This document shows positions 9,219 through 19,426 of a stretch of 56,371 bases of DNA, piece after piece. Within the stretch, counting starts at the first letter, position 1, and each line of letters starts with the position of its first letter. Made by a program: the position numbers and the translations under genes. Source of the stretch: a bacterium (GTDB taxonomy: Bacteria > Patescibacteriota > Minisyncoccia > UBA6257 > JAGOQP01); contig JAKAIF010000001.1 of NCBI GenBank assembly GCA_021814445.1, positions 6,070-62,440 on the forward strand, given 5' to 3'. The notes beneath the pieces were generated by a model, which did not search any database, was not told the DNA's origin, and worked only from the letters and a program-made list of their open reading frames with translations.

Positions 9219-10301
9219 TTGGATGCACAATACAAGGCAGATGAACGCTACCTCAATCCTCAGTCTATTAATGTTCTTCCTCAAATGAGGAGAACGTTTG
9301 AAAAGATTGATGAACTTGCAGATAGCATCTTTCGGAATGGATTAATTCATCCTGTTACCGTCGCAGAACTCAGTTTAGACGAGACTCGGAAGTATGTTGA
9401 AATTATTAATACGGTCCATGAGTCTCATGTTGTTGTTGAGGATCTTGTTTGTTCGGATGGCTTATATCTTATTCTTGTTTCTGGTGAGCGACGCATGCGC
9501 GCGTATAGATTATTGCATACACGTGCTATTAGTGGCTTTGATTTTATTCGGTCAACCGTTTGCCCTCGGATGAATTTGGAAGATCTTATTGACCTTCAGG
9601 GGAGCGAAAATACAAACGACCCCGTGAAGCCCGAGGAAGAAGCGATCTTTTATCACCGGTATTATAGGTTTCTCCACGAAACAAAAAGTGGTATTACGGT
9701 TGCTGAATTTGCCCGAAAAGTGGGGCGAAGCTCGCAGGTTGTTACCACTGCGTTGCGTTTTGCAAAGCTTCCACAATATATCCAAGATTGTGTGTTCAAT
9801 AGAACACTACAATATGGTATTGCGTGTGAACTTGCGCGCCTCCAAGCTGCGGGTATTGAGGGGGAACTACTAAAGGATTGGTTTATTCGGTCCGCTCTAC
9901 ATACTCAGAATGTTGAAGCATTTCGGACAACGGTCAAAAAATATCTCACTGATCTACACAGTGGACAAACTTCTCTTGTGGATATGTTTGTCACAGAGTC
10001 GGAATCAGAGATGAGAAGAGAACAGCGTCGGAGAAGTATTGAAAAGAATACCTCTGATATGTTCTATGCTTCAAATGCATACTTCCTTCGCCTTCTCTAT
10101 TTGTTTGATCAAAACCTCATAGGCTTGGAAGATTCTCCATTTTCTATGAGTGGTCCCTTGGGTGTTTTTGAAAAACAAATTGAGTTGCTTAAAAAACTCT
10201 TGCCTCATTTGGATGCCCTCCTTAATATCACTGAAGCGCAGGAGGTCATTACTGAATCAGAGCAGCGTATTAAAAAGTTACAGAAACGTATCCATGTATA
10301 A
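9219..10301 (+). CDS. Orphan ParB/Srx N-terminal-domain protein with HTH
   Basis: ELADSI..NGLIHPVTV, SGERRMRA (GxRR), SEN, HTH-like VAEFARKVGRS; TTG start with GAGG RBS. Confidence 0.8.
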   Translation: MDAQYKADERYLNPQSINVLPQMRRTFEKIDELADSIFRNGLIHPVTVAELSLDETRKYVEIINTVHESHVVVEDLVCSDGLYLILVSGERRMRAYRLLHTRAISGFDFIRSTVCPRMNLEDLIDLQGSENTNDPVKPEEEAIFYHRYYRFLHETKSGITVAEFARKVGRSSQVVTTALRFAKLPQYIQDCVFNRTLQYGIACELARLQAAGIEGELLKDWFIRSALHTQNVEAFRTTVKKYLTDLHSGQTSLVDMFVTESESEMRREQRRRSIEKNTSDMFYASNAYFLRLLYLFDQNLIGLEDSPFSMSGPLGVFEKQIELLKKLLPHLDALLNITEAQEVITESEQRIKKLQKRIHV

Positions 10302-10480
10302 TTTATTTATTTTTTGTATAAAGTTATTTTTAAGCCCGTCTTATCGCGGGCTTTTCTTTGTGTGCTGTTTTTAATCGTTGTTCTCCTGTGGATATCTATA
10401 CCTTGCTATTTTTATATTTTTGTGTTTAAATACTAATTGCTCACTTACATATTTTTATAAATAAAAAGAAAGGATTATCT

Positions 10481-10762
10481 ATGAGATTCAAGAATATGGA
10501 AGAGATTCTTCCATTTGTTTTAAAAAAATCTTTCAATACCGCCTCGTCACCCTCTGTGGTCTCGGCGATAACCCCTCACGGAATTATAGTTGGTTTTAAG
10601 GACATGTTTCCGTGGAGAGGTGCTGATTTTGATATTGCTATTACCACCGATGAATCTGCAGGAGTTGATTCTCGGCAGTTTATAGACCCTCTTATCTCTG
10701 GAAAACGAGTTGCTCTTTTTCCAGAAAGATCAAGAAGCCCTTTTATTTGGTTTTTGTTGTAG
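10481..10762 (+). CDS. Hypothetical protein
   Basis: 93-aa ORF with AAGGA RBS. Confidence 0.5.
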   Translation: MRFKNMEEILPFVLKKSFNTASSPSVVSAITPHGIIVGFKDMFPWRGADFDIAITTDESAGVDSRQFIDPLISGKRVALFPERSRSPFIWFLL

Positions 10763-10860
10763 AGGGGGATATCTCTACTCTGTTTCTATTTGAGCGCGAA
10801 ATTTCGCGTTCTTTTTTTATAAAACTTCACATTTTGCCCTTTTTTCGCTATCTTATAAGA

Positions 10861-13800
10861 ATGCTTCGAAACGTTAAATCATTCAATCTCCCTGAGATAG
10901 AGGAAAAAGTGCTTGCACTCTGGAAAGAGCGTGGAATTTTTAAAAAGTCTATCACTCCTGCAAAGGGTAAAAAGGTAAAGCGGTTCAATTTTTGGGAAGG
11001 CCCTCCAACTGCGAATGGACGCCCGGGGATACACCATGTTCTTGCGCGAGTTTTTAAAGATGTTTTTGTTCGCTATAAGACGATGCAAGGCTTTGTGGTA
11101 CCTCGTAAGGCGGGATGGGATACCCATGGACTCCCTGTAGAACTACAAGTTGAAAAACAATTAGAACTTTCTTCTAAAAAAGATATTGAGGCGTATGGTA
11201 TCTCTGCTTTCAATCAAAAGTGCAGAGAATCGGCTGGAGTACATAAGTCTGAGTTTGAAAAATTAACTGAGCGTATTGGATTTTGGTTAGACATGGAGAA
11301 CCCCTATGTGACCTATCATAATAATTATATTGAGTCCTTGTGGTGGATTATTAAACAAATGTCTCTCAAGGGACTTCTCTACGAAGGACATAAGGTGGTG
11401 CCGTGGTGTCCGCGCTGTGGTACTGCGCTCTCCTCTCATGAAATCGCGCAAGGATATAAAACCGTAACTGATAAATCGGTATATATTAAATTCAAAATTC
11501 AGAATTCAAAATTCAAAAGCTCAAATCCGAAACTCAAAATAGGTGAAAATACTTATATTTTATCGTGGACAACGACTCCGTGGACGTTACCGGGGAACGT
11601 GGCTCTCGCAGTTGGGGAACACATTCTATATGATGCAATTCGCGTTGAGGGGAAGTCAGAAGTATATATTCTTGCCTCAGATTTAGTGCGCGCTGTTTTT
11701 CCTCATGAGCGCATTGAAACAGTCCACAAACATATTTTAGGAAAGGATCTTGTGGGCTTTTCATATGAACCATTGTTCCATATCTCAGAATTTAAAAAAT
11801 CAGAGACGGCGTATAAAATATATGCGGCGGATTTTGTGACCACGACCGATGGCACGGGAGTGGTGCATACCGCGGTCATGTATGGAGAAGACGATTATGA
11901 ACTTGGAAAGAAAATAAGACTTCCGCAGTATCATACCGTAGATGAAGCGGGAAAATTTATTGTAGGCGTTCCTGATCTTGCGGGACGTTTTGTAAAAAGT
12001 GGAGAAACAGAAAAAATTATTTTTGAGCATTTGCAAAAACATAATGCGCTTCTCGCGATTGTTCCGTATGAGCATGAATATCCCTATTGTTGGCGCTGTG
12101 GTACCCCATTGTTGTATTACGCACGCACGTCATGGTTTGTGGAGATGACGAAGCTCAAGAAAAAATTACTTGCTTCAAATGAAGAGGTAAATTGGATTCC
12201 GAGTCATATTAAGCAAGGACGTTTCGGTGAATGGTTGAAAGACGTAAAAGATTGGAATTTTTCTCGTGAACGTTATTGGGGTACGCCGCTTCCCGTATGG
12301 CGTTGCTCACAGTGCGCGCATACCCAGGTTATTGGATCTAAAGAAGAGTTGATTGCCACACAACCAAAACATATTACGAATTTTATTCTCATGCGTCATG
12401 GAGGATCGCTTCATAACGTGAAACGTATTACGAATGGGGATGTAAAGAAAAGTCTTCAATACCCACTTACTAAAAAGGGGGAGTTAGAAGTGAAACGTAC
12501 AGCTAAAAAATTAGCTCAAAAAGGTATTGATGTTATTCTCTGTTCTGATTTTTATCGCACGCATCAAACAGCCCAAATCGTTTCAGGTGTTATTGGAACG
12601 AAAATAATTATTGATAAACGATTAAGAGAAATTTCTTTTGGAGAACTTGAAGGGCAGTCAATTGATAGATATAACGCTCTCTTCTCTGACTATGAGGCAA
12701 AATTTATGAAGGCTCCAGAGGGGGGCGAAACTCTTTCCTCTGTGGCTCAACGAATGAATGAATTTACTCAAGATATTTTGAAAACCTATAAAGGTAAAAC
12801 GGTGTTAATAATTAGTCATGAAGATGCCTTGTGGATGCTTGAAGCTGTTCTTTCTGGGCGAAGTCAGGAAGAAAGTATTGCATTAAAGAAACAAGCAGAT
12901 GGTGGTTTTATAAAAACGGCCCAAACTATGTCTCGGGAATTTGTTTCGTTTCCTCGTAATGAACAAGGATTGGGAGATATGCATCGCCCGTATATTGATG
13001 TGATTACTTTTCCATGCGCGCAGTGTTCTGCTCCTATGTATCGGGTGAAGGAGGTTGTTGATGTGTGGTTTGATTCTGGATCTATGCCGCTTGCTCAAAA
13101 TCATTGGCCATTTGAGCAAACTCAAAAATTAAATTCAAAACTACAGAAATTAGAAAACTTTCCAGCGGATTATATTTCTGAAGCGGTGGATCAAACGCGA
13201 GGGTGGTTTTATACCTTACTTGCGGTTGCAACGGCGTTAGATCTCCCTACTCCCTACAAGAATGTTATTTGTCTTGGGCTTATTCATGATAAGAATGGAC
13301 AAAAGATGTCTAAATCAAAAGGAAATATTGTTGATCCGTGGGCTCTGATACAAAAGTACGGAGTGGATTCTATCCGATGGTATTTTTATACCGTAAATGC
13401 GCCAGGGGATGCAAAGAATTTTGATGAAAATGAAGTTGCACAAGCGTTCCGTCGTACGCTTATGGTTATATATAACTCATTTGCATTTTTGAAAATGTAT
13501 GGAGCAGATAAACGAAATCTTGCTTCCGTGCCCGCATCAGCACATATATTAGACAAATGGATTTTAGCGCGTCTTGCTATTCTTACCCGTGATGTTTCTG
13601 CTGCCATGGATGCATATGATATTACGAGAGCAACGAGCGCGATAGAATTATTTATTGATGATCTCTCTCGATGGTATATTCGTCGTTCACGTCGCCGATT
13701 CCAAAAACCAGAGAATAGCAAAGAATTACAAGAGGCTTCTCAGGTGCTTGCCTATACTCTCTTGCAATTTTCGAAGGTGCTCGCTCCCTTCACCCCATTT

Positions 13801-14421
13801 TTTGCTGAAAGTATCTATCAATCACTCAAAAAAGATCATACTTTTGCTAAAAAAGATTCTGTTCATTTAGAATCATTTCCGCTGTATCCCGTGAAGGCGT
13901 CTGATGAGGGTGTGGTTTCGGTTATGTCGTGGGCACGCGATATTGCGAGTGGGGTGCTTGCAAAACGAGCAGAACTACAATTAAAAGTCCGCCAGCCTCT
14001 TGCACGGCTGACGATTCAGGGGAAAAAACCACGCGGATCGTTTGTACAAGATATTATTGATATTATTTGTGATGAGGTAAATGTAAAAGAAATTGTTTTT
14101 TCTGCAGATCTTGCGGGGGGCGAAAAATTTGTTCTTGATACTACTATTACGCCCGAGTTAAAGACAGAAGGACTTTTGAGAGAACTGACTCGCGCAATAC
14201 AAGAGCTGCGACAAGATGCGGGCTATGTGCCAAAAGATACTATTATCTTGGCACTTGAGAGCACCTCTGATATTGAGTCTTTGGTTCGCACTCATGAGGC
14301 GTTTATTAAAAAAGAAGTGGGCGCGCGTGTGCTGACGATTGGAAAGATGGAAAAGTTTGATGTGGAAGTTGACACAAAATTAGATGGAAAACGTTTGTGG
14401 ATGGGAGCAAGAAGGAAATAA
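10861..14421 (+). CDS. ileS: Isoleucine--tRNA ligase (type 2-like) with inserted histidine-phosphatase domain
   Basis: EGPPTANG.PGIHH, GWDTHGLP, WTTTPWTLP, DGTGVVH, SRERYWGTP, DVWFDSG, DQTRGWFY, KMSKS; likely start ATG 10861. Confidence 0.95.
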   Translation: MLRNVKSFNLPEIEEKVLALWKERGIFKKSITPAKGKKVKRFNFWEGPPTANGRPGIHHVLARVFKDVFVRYKTMQGFVVPRKAGWDTHGLPVELQVEKQLELSSKKDIEAYGISAFNQKCRESAGVHKSEFEKLTERIGFWLDMENPYVTYHNNYIESLWWIIKQMSLKGLLYEGHKVVPWCPRCGTALSSHEIAQGYKTVTDKSVYIKFKIQNSKFKSSNPKLKIGENTYILSWTTTPWTLPGNVALAVGEHILYDAIRVEGKSEVYILASDLVRAVFPHERIETVHKHILGKDLVGFSYEPLFHISEFKKSETAYKIYAADFVTTTDGTGVVHTAVMYGEDDYELGKKIRLPQYHTVDEAGKFIVGVPDLAGRFVKSGETEKIIFEHLQKHNALLAIVPYEHEYPYCWRCGTPLLYYARTSWFVEMTKLKKKLLASNEEVNWIPSHIKQGRFGEWLKDVKDWNFSRERYWGTPLPVWRCSQCAHTQVIGSKEELIATQPKHITNFILMRHGGSLHNVKRITNGDVKKSLQYPLTKKGELEVKRTAKKLAQKGIDVILCSDFYRTHQTAQIVSGVIGTKIIIDKRLREISFGELEGQSIDRYNALFSDYEAKFMKAPEGGETLSSVAQRMNEFTQDILKTYKGKTVLIISHEDALWMLEAVLSGRSQEESIALKKQADGGFIKTAQTMSREFVSFPRNEQGLGDMHRPYIDVITFPCAQCSAPMYRVKEVVDVWFDSGSMPLAQNHWPFEQTQKLNSKLQKLENFPADYISEAVDQTRGWFYTLLAVATALDLPTPYKNVICLGLIHDKNGQKMSKSKGNIVDPWALIQKYGVDSIRWYFYTVNAPGDAKNFDENEVAQAFRRTLMVIYNSFAFLKMYGADKRNLASVPASAHILDKWILARLAILTRDVSAAMDAYDITRATSAIELFIDDLSRWYIRRSRRRFQKPENSKELQEASQVLAYTLLQFSKVLAPFTPFFAESIYQSLKKDHTFAKKDSVHLESFPLYPVKASDEGVVSVMSWARDIASGVLAKRAELQLKVRQPLARLTIQGKKPRGSFVQDIIDIICDEVNVKEIVFSADLAGGEKFVLDTTITPELKTEGLLRELTRAIQELRQDAGYVPKDTIILALESTSDIESLVRTHEAFIKKEVGARVLTIGKMEKFDVEVDTKLDGKRLWMGARRK

Positions 14422-14463
14422 TTATTTTGGGGAAACTACACTATTTCAATCCAATTTACAGAA

Positions 14464-14497
14464 GCCAAAGTTTTTGACGATCGTCAAAAACTTTGGC
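14464..14497. repeat. 34-bp perfect palindrome, family A, copy 2
   Basis: gccaaagtttttgacga|tcgtcaaaaactttggc, identical to the core of 1830-1875. Confidence 0.95.
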
Positions 14498-14741
14498 CTT
14501 TTGAATTTATTTTAGACAAACTGAAAAGATAAGAAACAACCTCTGTGCTCGTCGGAAGATTTTTGTTTTTCATGTGCACTAAAGATTGCTTGCAGAAAAA
14601 AATAAAATACGTCATACTGTATCCATAATCCTTGTCTCGTGAGGAAACAGGGATACTATAGAAAAAAGAGTGCATTCGCACTCTTTTTTCTTTTTGTGTT
14701 TCTGTTGATTTTTTGTTCTTTTGTGATATGTTATTTTTAAT

Positions 14742-16013
14742 ATGAATAAACGAAATGCAGGATGGCTACTTGCCATTGTTGGAATTATTACGGTGCTGGG
14801 GGTCTTTTTTGTATATCCCGCTCCGTGGTCACAGTCTATAAGTTCATGGTCTCCTTGGAAGTTGGGATTGGATCTTGTGGGAGGGTCTCACTTAACGTAT
14901 AAGATTGACACCTCTGCTATTCAGGGTACCGCAATCTCCGATACGCTTGCGGGACTTCGCGATGTCATTGAGAAACGCGTGAACACTTTTGGAGTAAAAG
15001 AACCACAGGTTGCCATTTCTCAATCAAATGGAGAACAATTTCTCGTGATTGATCTTGCGGGTATCTCTGATGTCAATGAAGCCATTAAACAAATTGGACA
15101 GACACCCTTTTTGGATTTTAGAACCATCGGCGCGACAAACGCATCAGGAACTCCCGAGTGGATCCCTACTGAATTAAAGGGGCAATATATTAAAGCGGCC
15201 TCTCTTTCATTTAGTCAGCAAACCTCACAACCTCAAGTGCAGCTACAGTTTACGAGCGAGGGTGGAGATTTATTTGCGAAATTGACTGAGCAAAATATTG
15301 GAAAGCAGATTGGAATTTTCGTGGATAATAATTTAATTAGCGCGCCTGTGGTGAATGAAAAAATTCCTTCCGGGAACGCAGTTATTAATGGAAAGTTTAC
15401 TATTGATGAAGCTAAATCACTTGCGCAAAACATAAATGCGGGAGCATTGCCAGCGCCTATTACCCTTATCAATCAGCAAACCGTGGGGGCAAGTTTGGGT
15501 ATTGATTCATTAAATCGTTCCTTATTTGCGGGACTTATTGGAACAATTCTCGTGATGTTATTCATGGTGTTCTATTATCATTGGCGTGGATTTCTCGCGT
15601 GTATTGCATTAGTTATCTATATTGTGATTTCTCTTACCATCTTTAAATTATTTGTGACGATGTCATTGGCGGGTATCGCTGGGTTCCTTCTTTCTATCGG
15701 TATGGCAGTTGATGCGAATGTGCTTATCTTTGAACGCACCAAAGAAGAATTGCGCAGGGGATTGGATCCAACCGCCGCGATGCGTGAAGGATTTCGTCGT
15801 GCGTGGTCAGCCATTCGCGATTCAAATGTGAGTACTATTATTACGACACTTATTCTTTTCAACTTAACCTCTGGATTTGTGAAAGGACTCGCGCTTACGT
15901 TATTACTCGGAGTATTAGTGAGCATGTTTACCGCAATCACGGTCACTCGAAGTCTTATGACGCTCTTTTCAAGAAACGTGTCGACATCTCGTAATATAAA
16001 TAAAGCACAATAA
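14742..16013 (+). CDS. secD: Protein translocase subunit SecD
   Basis: LGLDLVGG, GVKEP, AGALP, IGMAVDANVLIFER. Confidence 0.97.
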   Translation: MNKRNAGWLLAIVGIITVLGVFFVYPAPWSQSISSWSPWKLGLDLVGGSHLTYKIDTSAIQGTAISDTLAGLRDVIEKRVNTFGVKEPQVAISQSNGEQFLVIDLAGISDVNEAIKQIGQTPFLDFRTIGATNASGTPEWIPTELKGQYIKAASLSFSQQTSQPQVQLQFTSEGGDLFAKLTEQNIGKQIGIFVDNNLISAPVVNEKIPSGNAVINGKFTIDEAKSLAQNINAGALPAPITLINQQTVGASLGIDSLNRSLFAGLIGTILVMLFMVFYYHWRGFLACIALVIYIVISLTIFKLFVTMSLAGIAGFLLSIGMAVDANVLIFERTKEELRRGLDPTAAMREGFRRAWSAIRDSNVSTIITTLILFNLTSGFVKGLALTLLLGVLVSMFTAITVTRSLMTLFSRNVSTSRNINKAQ

Positions 16014-16017
16014 TACT

Positions 16018-16926
16018 ATGAACATTATTCGTTATAGAGGAATTTTTCTTTCTGTGTCGGCTCTCTTGGTTTTCGCAAGTATTGCTTGTTTATTGATTTT
16101 TGGATTTCGTCCTGCGATTGATTTTACCGGGGGAACGTTGTGGCAGGTACGCATCAGCAATCAATCACAAGCGGTGAGTGAACAAGGCATCCGCGACGTG
16201 CTTGCGAACACGGGGGGCGTAGAAAGCCCTGTGGTATATAAAGAACTTACTTCTGATTCGTTTTTGATAAAAACACAACCATTGAGTGAAGCGGATCATC
16301 AACGACTTTCTGGAGTTTTAAAAAATTCATTTTCTTCTGTTGAAGAGATGCAGTTTCAATCTATTGGTCCTACGATAGGGGAGCAGTTACGCTCTCGCGC
16401 CATCTGGGCGGGTATTCTTGTTCTCTTGGGTATCTCATTATATATCGCGTTTTCATTTCGTAAGATCTCTCATCCTGTTGCTTCATGGAAATATGGTATT
16501 GCAACGTTGATTGCATTATTTCATGATGCCATTATCCCTATGGGAATCTTGGCTATATTGGGAAAAACACATGGTATTGAAATTGATACAAACTTTGTGG
16601 TGGCAATTCTCGTGATCATTGGATTTTCGGTGCATGATACCATTGTGGTGTTTGATCGTATCCGCGAAAATCTCTTAGTGCATCGCGCAGGGAAGCAACC
16701 ATTTGATTTCACCGTAAACGAAAGTATTGTGCAAACCATGGCACGCTCTATTAATACTTCGTTAACGCTTGTTCTCATGTTGGTAGCCCTCCTTATCTTT
16801 GGACCAGCTAATTTGCGCGTATTTACTGGGGTTTTGCTTGTGGGTACTATCTTTGGAACCTACTCTTCTATCTTCATTGCGAGCCCCCTCTTGACTCTTT
16901 GGCATAAGTTTGATATAAAGAAATAG
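16018..16926 (+). CDS. secF: Protein translocase subunit SecF
   Basis: IDFTGGT, HDTIVVFDRIRE, GTYSSIFIA. Confidence 0.97.
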   Translation: MNIIRYRGIFLSVSALLVFASIACLLIFGFRPAIDFTGGTLWQVRISNQSQAVSEQGIRDVLANTGGVESPVVYKELTSDSFLIKTQPLSEADHQRLSGVLKNSFSSVEEMQFQSIGPTIGEQLRSRAIWAGILVLLGISLYIAFSFRKISHPVASWKYGIATLIALFHDAIIPMGILAILGKTHGIEIDTNFVVAILVIIGFSVHDTIVVFDRIRENLLVHRAGKQPFDFTVNESIVQTMARSINTSLTLVLMLVALLIFGPANLRVFTGVLLVGTIFGTYSSIFIASPLLTLWHKFDIKK

Positions 16927-17013
16927 TCAAAACCTTGCAGGATACCCCGATAATGTGGTATACTATATGAACGGTATTGGTGATTATTATATATACTAAA
17001 CGTATTCAAAATT

Positions 17014-18042
17014 ATGACACTCAAAGTTTTATTAGATACAATTGTTTCTTCTCTTCCGAAGCGCCAAAAAGATATTGTGGTGCAGCGGTTTGGGTTGGGA
17101 TCAAATCAAGTACGCACGCTTGCGTATTTGGGAGAAAAATATGGCATTACTCGTGAACGGGTTCGCCAAATTGAGGCTGCGTCATTACGCACCTTATTAA
17201 AGGCAGCTCAAGAACAAAAAGAGATTCAAGATATTCTTAAAAAATCTTTGAGTCATATTACCTTATTAGGAGGCACGCGTCGCGCCGATTTTTTGGTTGA
17301 TGACTTGAGACTTGTTTTACAAGATAAAACGATTAGTGGTTCTTATATCACTTTACTGTTTTCTCTTTTTAAATCACCGCTCTATTTTCCTGAAACTGAT
17401 GAGTTATATGCGTTTTGGTATACCGATACAACTGCTTTGAAGGATGTGAAATCTTTTATACAAAAGATGGCACTCTTTCTTAAAAATAAAAAAGAAGCTC
17501 TTATTGAACGGAATGAATTTGATACCTTGTTTGCGCAAGTGACCAAACAACACAATGTGAAAGAATTTATTGCGTTAAACTTTCTCTTAAATTCAAAAGA
17601 ATTTCGTGTAAACCCCTATGGTAATTTTGGATTAACGAAGTGGCCCGAAATAACTCCAACCACGATTCGTGATAAAGCCTATCTTGTCTTAAAGAAGCGA
17701 AAGGCCCCCATGCATTTTCGTGAAATAGCTCAAGAAATTAATAAAGTGAAATTTGATGCAAAGAAAGCGCACCCACAAACCGTGCACAATGAACTTATTA
17801 AAGCGAGTGATCGTTTTGTGCTTGTGGGACGGGGATTATATTCTTTGCGTGAATTTGGTATTGAACCAGGAAATACGCGAGATGTCTTATTGCGTCTTTT
17901 GAAGAAGAATGGCCCTATGGGACTTGATAAATTAGTACAGCTGGTTTCACGTGAACGGGTGCTCAAACACAACACCATCTTTCTTAACTTACAAAATAAA
18001 AAGTTTTTCAAGAAAAATAACGGAAACTATCATCTTGCATAA
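17014..18042 (+). CDS. Sigma70 region-4-like HTH fused to HARE-HTH/RNAP-delta-like winged helices
   Basis: N-terminal RFGL..TL..LG.KYGITRERVRQIE; C-terminal IRDKAYLVLK...PMHFREIA...TVHNELI...FVLVGRGLY. Confidence 0.8.
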   Translation: MTLKVLLDTIVSSLPKRQKDIVVQRFGLGSNQVRTLAYLGEKYGITRERVRQIEAASLRTLLKAAQEQKEIQDILKKSLSHITLLGGTRRADFLVDDLRLVLQDKTISGSYITLLFSLFKSPLYFPETDELYAFWYTDTTALKDVKSFIQKMALFLKNKKEALIERNEFDTLFAQVTKQHNVKEFIALNFLLNSKEFRVNPYGNFGLTKWPEITPTTIRDKAYLVLKKRKAPMHFREIAQEINKVKFDAKKAHPQTVHNELIKASDRFVLVGRGLYSLREFGIEPGNTRDVLLRLLKKNGPMGLDKLVQLVSRERVLKHNTIFLNLQNKKFFKKNNGNYHLA

Positions 18043-18152
18043 AGATGCTTGTGGCGCTCTCTTCTTTGAGTCTGCTCTGTTTATGGGGTGATATTTTGGT
18101 ATAAAAATGATAGTATTATCTTAATACGAATAATAAAGCTTATAGTACCAGC

Positions 18153-19373
18153 ATGGGTGGATTCTTAACTATTGCATTTGCGAGTTTTTATCAGACGCTC
18201 TCTACGGTTGCGTGGTTTATTGTTCCCATATTTTTTATTGCGCTTTTTTGGAAGGTGCGTTTGTTTTATATACGCAGTGAATTTTTAAAGAACGTAAAAT
18301 GGGAGATGCTTGAAGTTCGTTTTCCTGCGGATAATGTGCGCACTCCAAAATCTATGGAGCACGTCTTTACCACGCTCTATGGTATCTACTCATTTGGTAT
18401 TAAATCATTTGATAAATATTTAGATGGAAAGGTAGAACTGTGGATTTCTTTTGAAATCGTGGGACGCGCCGATGGTATTCATTTTTTCATTCGTCTTCCG
18501 ACTGCGCGACGTAATATGGTTGAGGCGGCTTTGTATGCGCAGTATCCAGAAGCTGAAATTACCCAAGGACATGATTACACCGCTGAGATGCCGTCTTTGC
18601 TTCCTAATGACGCGTACGATATTTTTGGTGCGGCCTTTGAATTAGCAAAAGAAAGCCCGTACCCTATTCGGACCTATGATTTTTTTGAAGAACGAAACGA
18701 TTTAAAAAATGAAAAAGGTATTGATCCGCTTTCTCCGCTCCTTGAAATTATGTCTAAGTTGAAAGGAGAAGAACAAATTTGGATTCAACTTTTGGTGAGT
18801 CCTGCGGGAAAACCAACGGGAGTTGATATTGTGAAAGATGCCGAGAAAGAAGTGAAGGATCTTTTGGAAAAGAAAGGAGTAAAAGCGAATGAGGCGGGTA
18901 TTTTAAATATGTCGGGCGTTTCTACAAATACGAAAGATGTTATCAAGGCCATTGAAAATAAGGTTTCAAAACATGTGTTTGAGATGACGATGCGGTTTAT
19001 TTATATTGATAAAAAAGATACTTTTGACGGTCAAAACTGGACAACCGTTATGGCGGCCTTTCAACAATTTAATACGCAGACCATGAATGCATTAAAGCCA
19101 ACCGCCATGCCATTCTACGCTGGAATTCCAGGAAAGATTTTCCCCTGGTATAAAAAATCAGTGGTGCTTTCTAAGAAGCGTATGATTTATGATTCATATG
19201 TGGCTCGTTATTTTGGCGTGTCTAATCGTATGGCTGATGAAAAAATGCCTGTATTAAATACTGAAGAGCTTGCCACCTTATTTCATGCACCTGCGAATGT
19301 GACGCGAGCCCCGCGTTTGCAAAAAATTGATTCACGCAGAGGTAGTCCTCCGCCCAATTTACCACTGGAATAG
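18153..19373 (+). CDS. Membrane-anchored hypothetical protein paired with the TraD-like ATPase
   Basis: N-terminal TM; SFEI, ALYAQYPEAEI, YPIRTY, LNTEELATLFH motifs. Confidence 0.7.
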   Translation: MGGFLTIAFASFYQTLSTVAWFIVPIFFIALFWKVRLFYIRSEFLKNVKWEMLEVRFPADNVRTPKSMEHVFTTLYGIYSFGIKSFDKYLDGKVELWISFEIVGRADGIHFFIRLPTARRNMVEAALYAQYPEAEITQGHDYTAEMPSLLPNDAYDIFGAAFELAKESPYPIRTYDFFEERNDLKNEKGIDPLSPLLEIMSKLKGEEQIWIQLLVSPAGKPTGVDIVKDAEKEVKDLLEKKGVKANEAGILNMSGVSTNTKDVIKAIENKVSKHVFEMTMRFIYIDKKDTFDGQNWTTVMAAFQQFNTQTMNALKPTAMPFYAGIPGKIFPWYKKSVVLSKKRMIYDSYVARYFGVSNRMADEKMPVLNTEELATLFHAPANVTRAPRLQKIDSRRGSPPPNLPLE

Positions 19374-19426
19374 TCGTGTCGCGCGCATGAACGTGCTACT
19401 ATATATTTTTGAAGTAGAAATTTATT

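Noticed and set aside
10747..10860. N-terminal extension of IleRS in the ORF track
   Set aside because: It overlaps the previous ORF and a promoter-like AT-rich stretch; homology begins near ATG 10861.
17943..17958. Canonical parS site (ggtttcacgtgaacgg; similar cores near 6711 and 31085)
   Set aside because: Only about 12/16 match to TGTTTCACGTGAAACA, with broken outer symmetry, inside coding sequence where Ser-Arg-Glu codons explain it.
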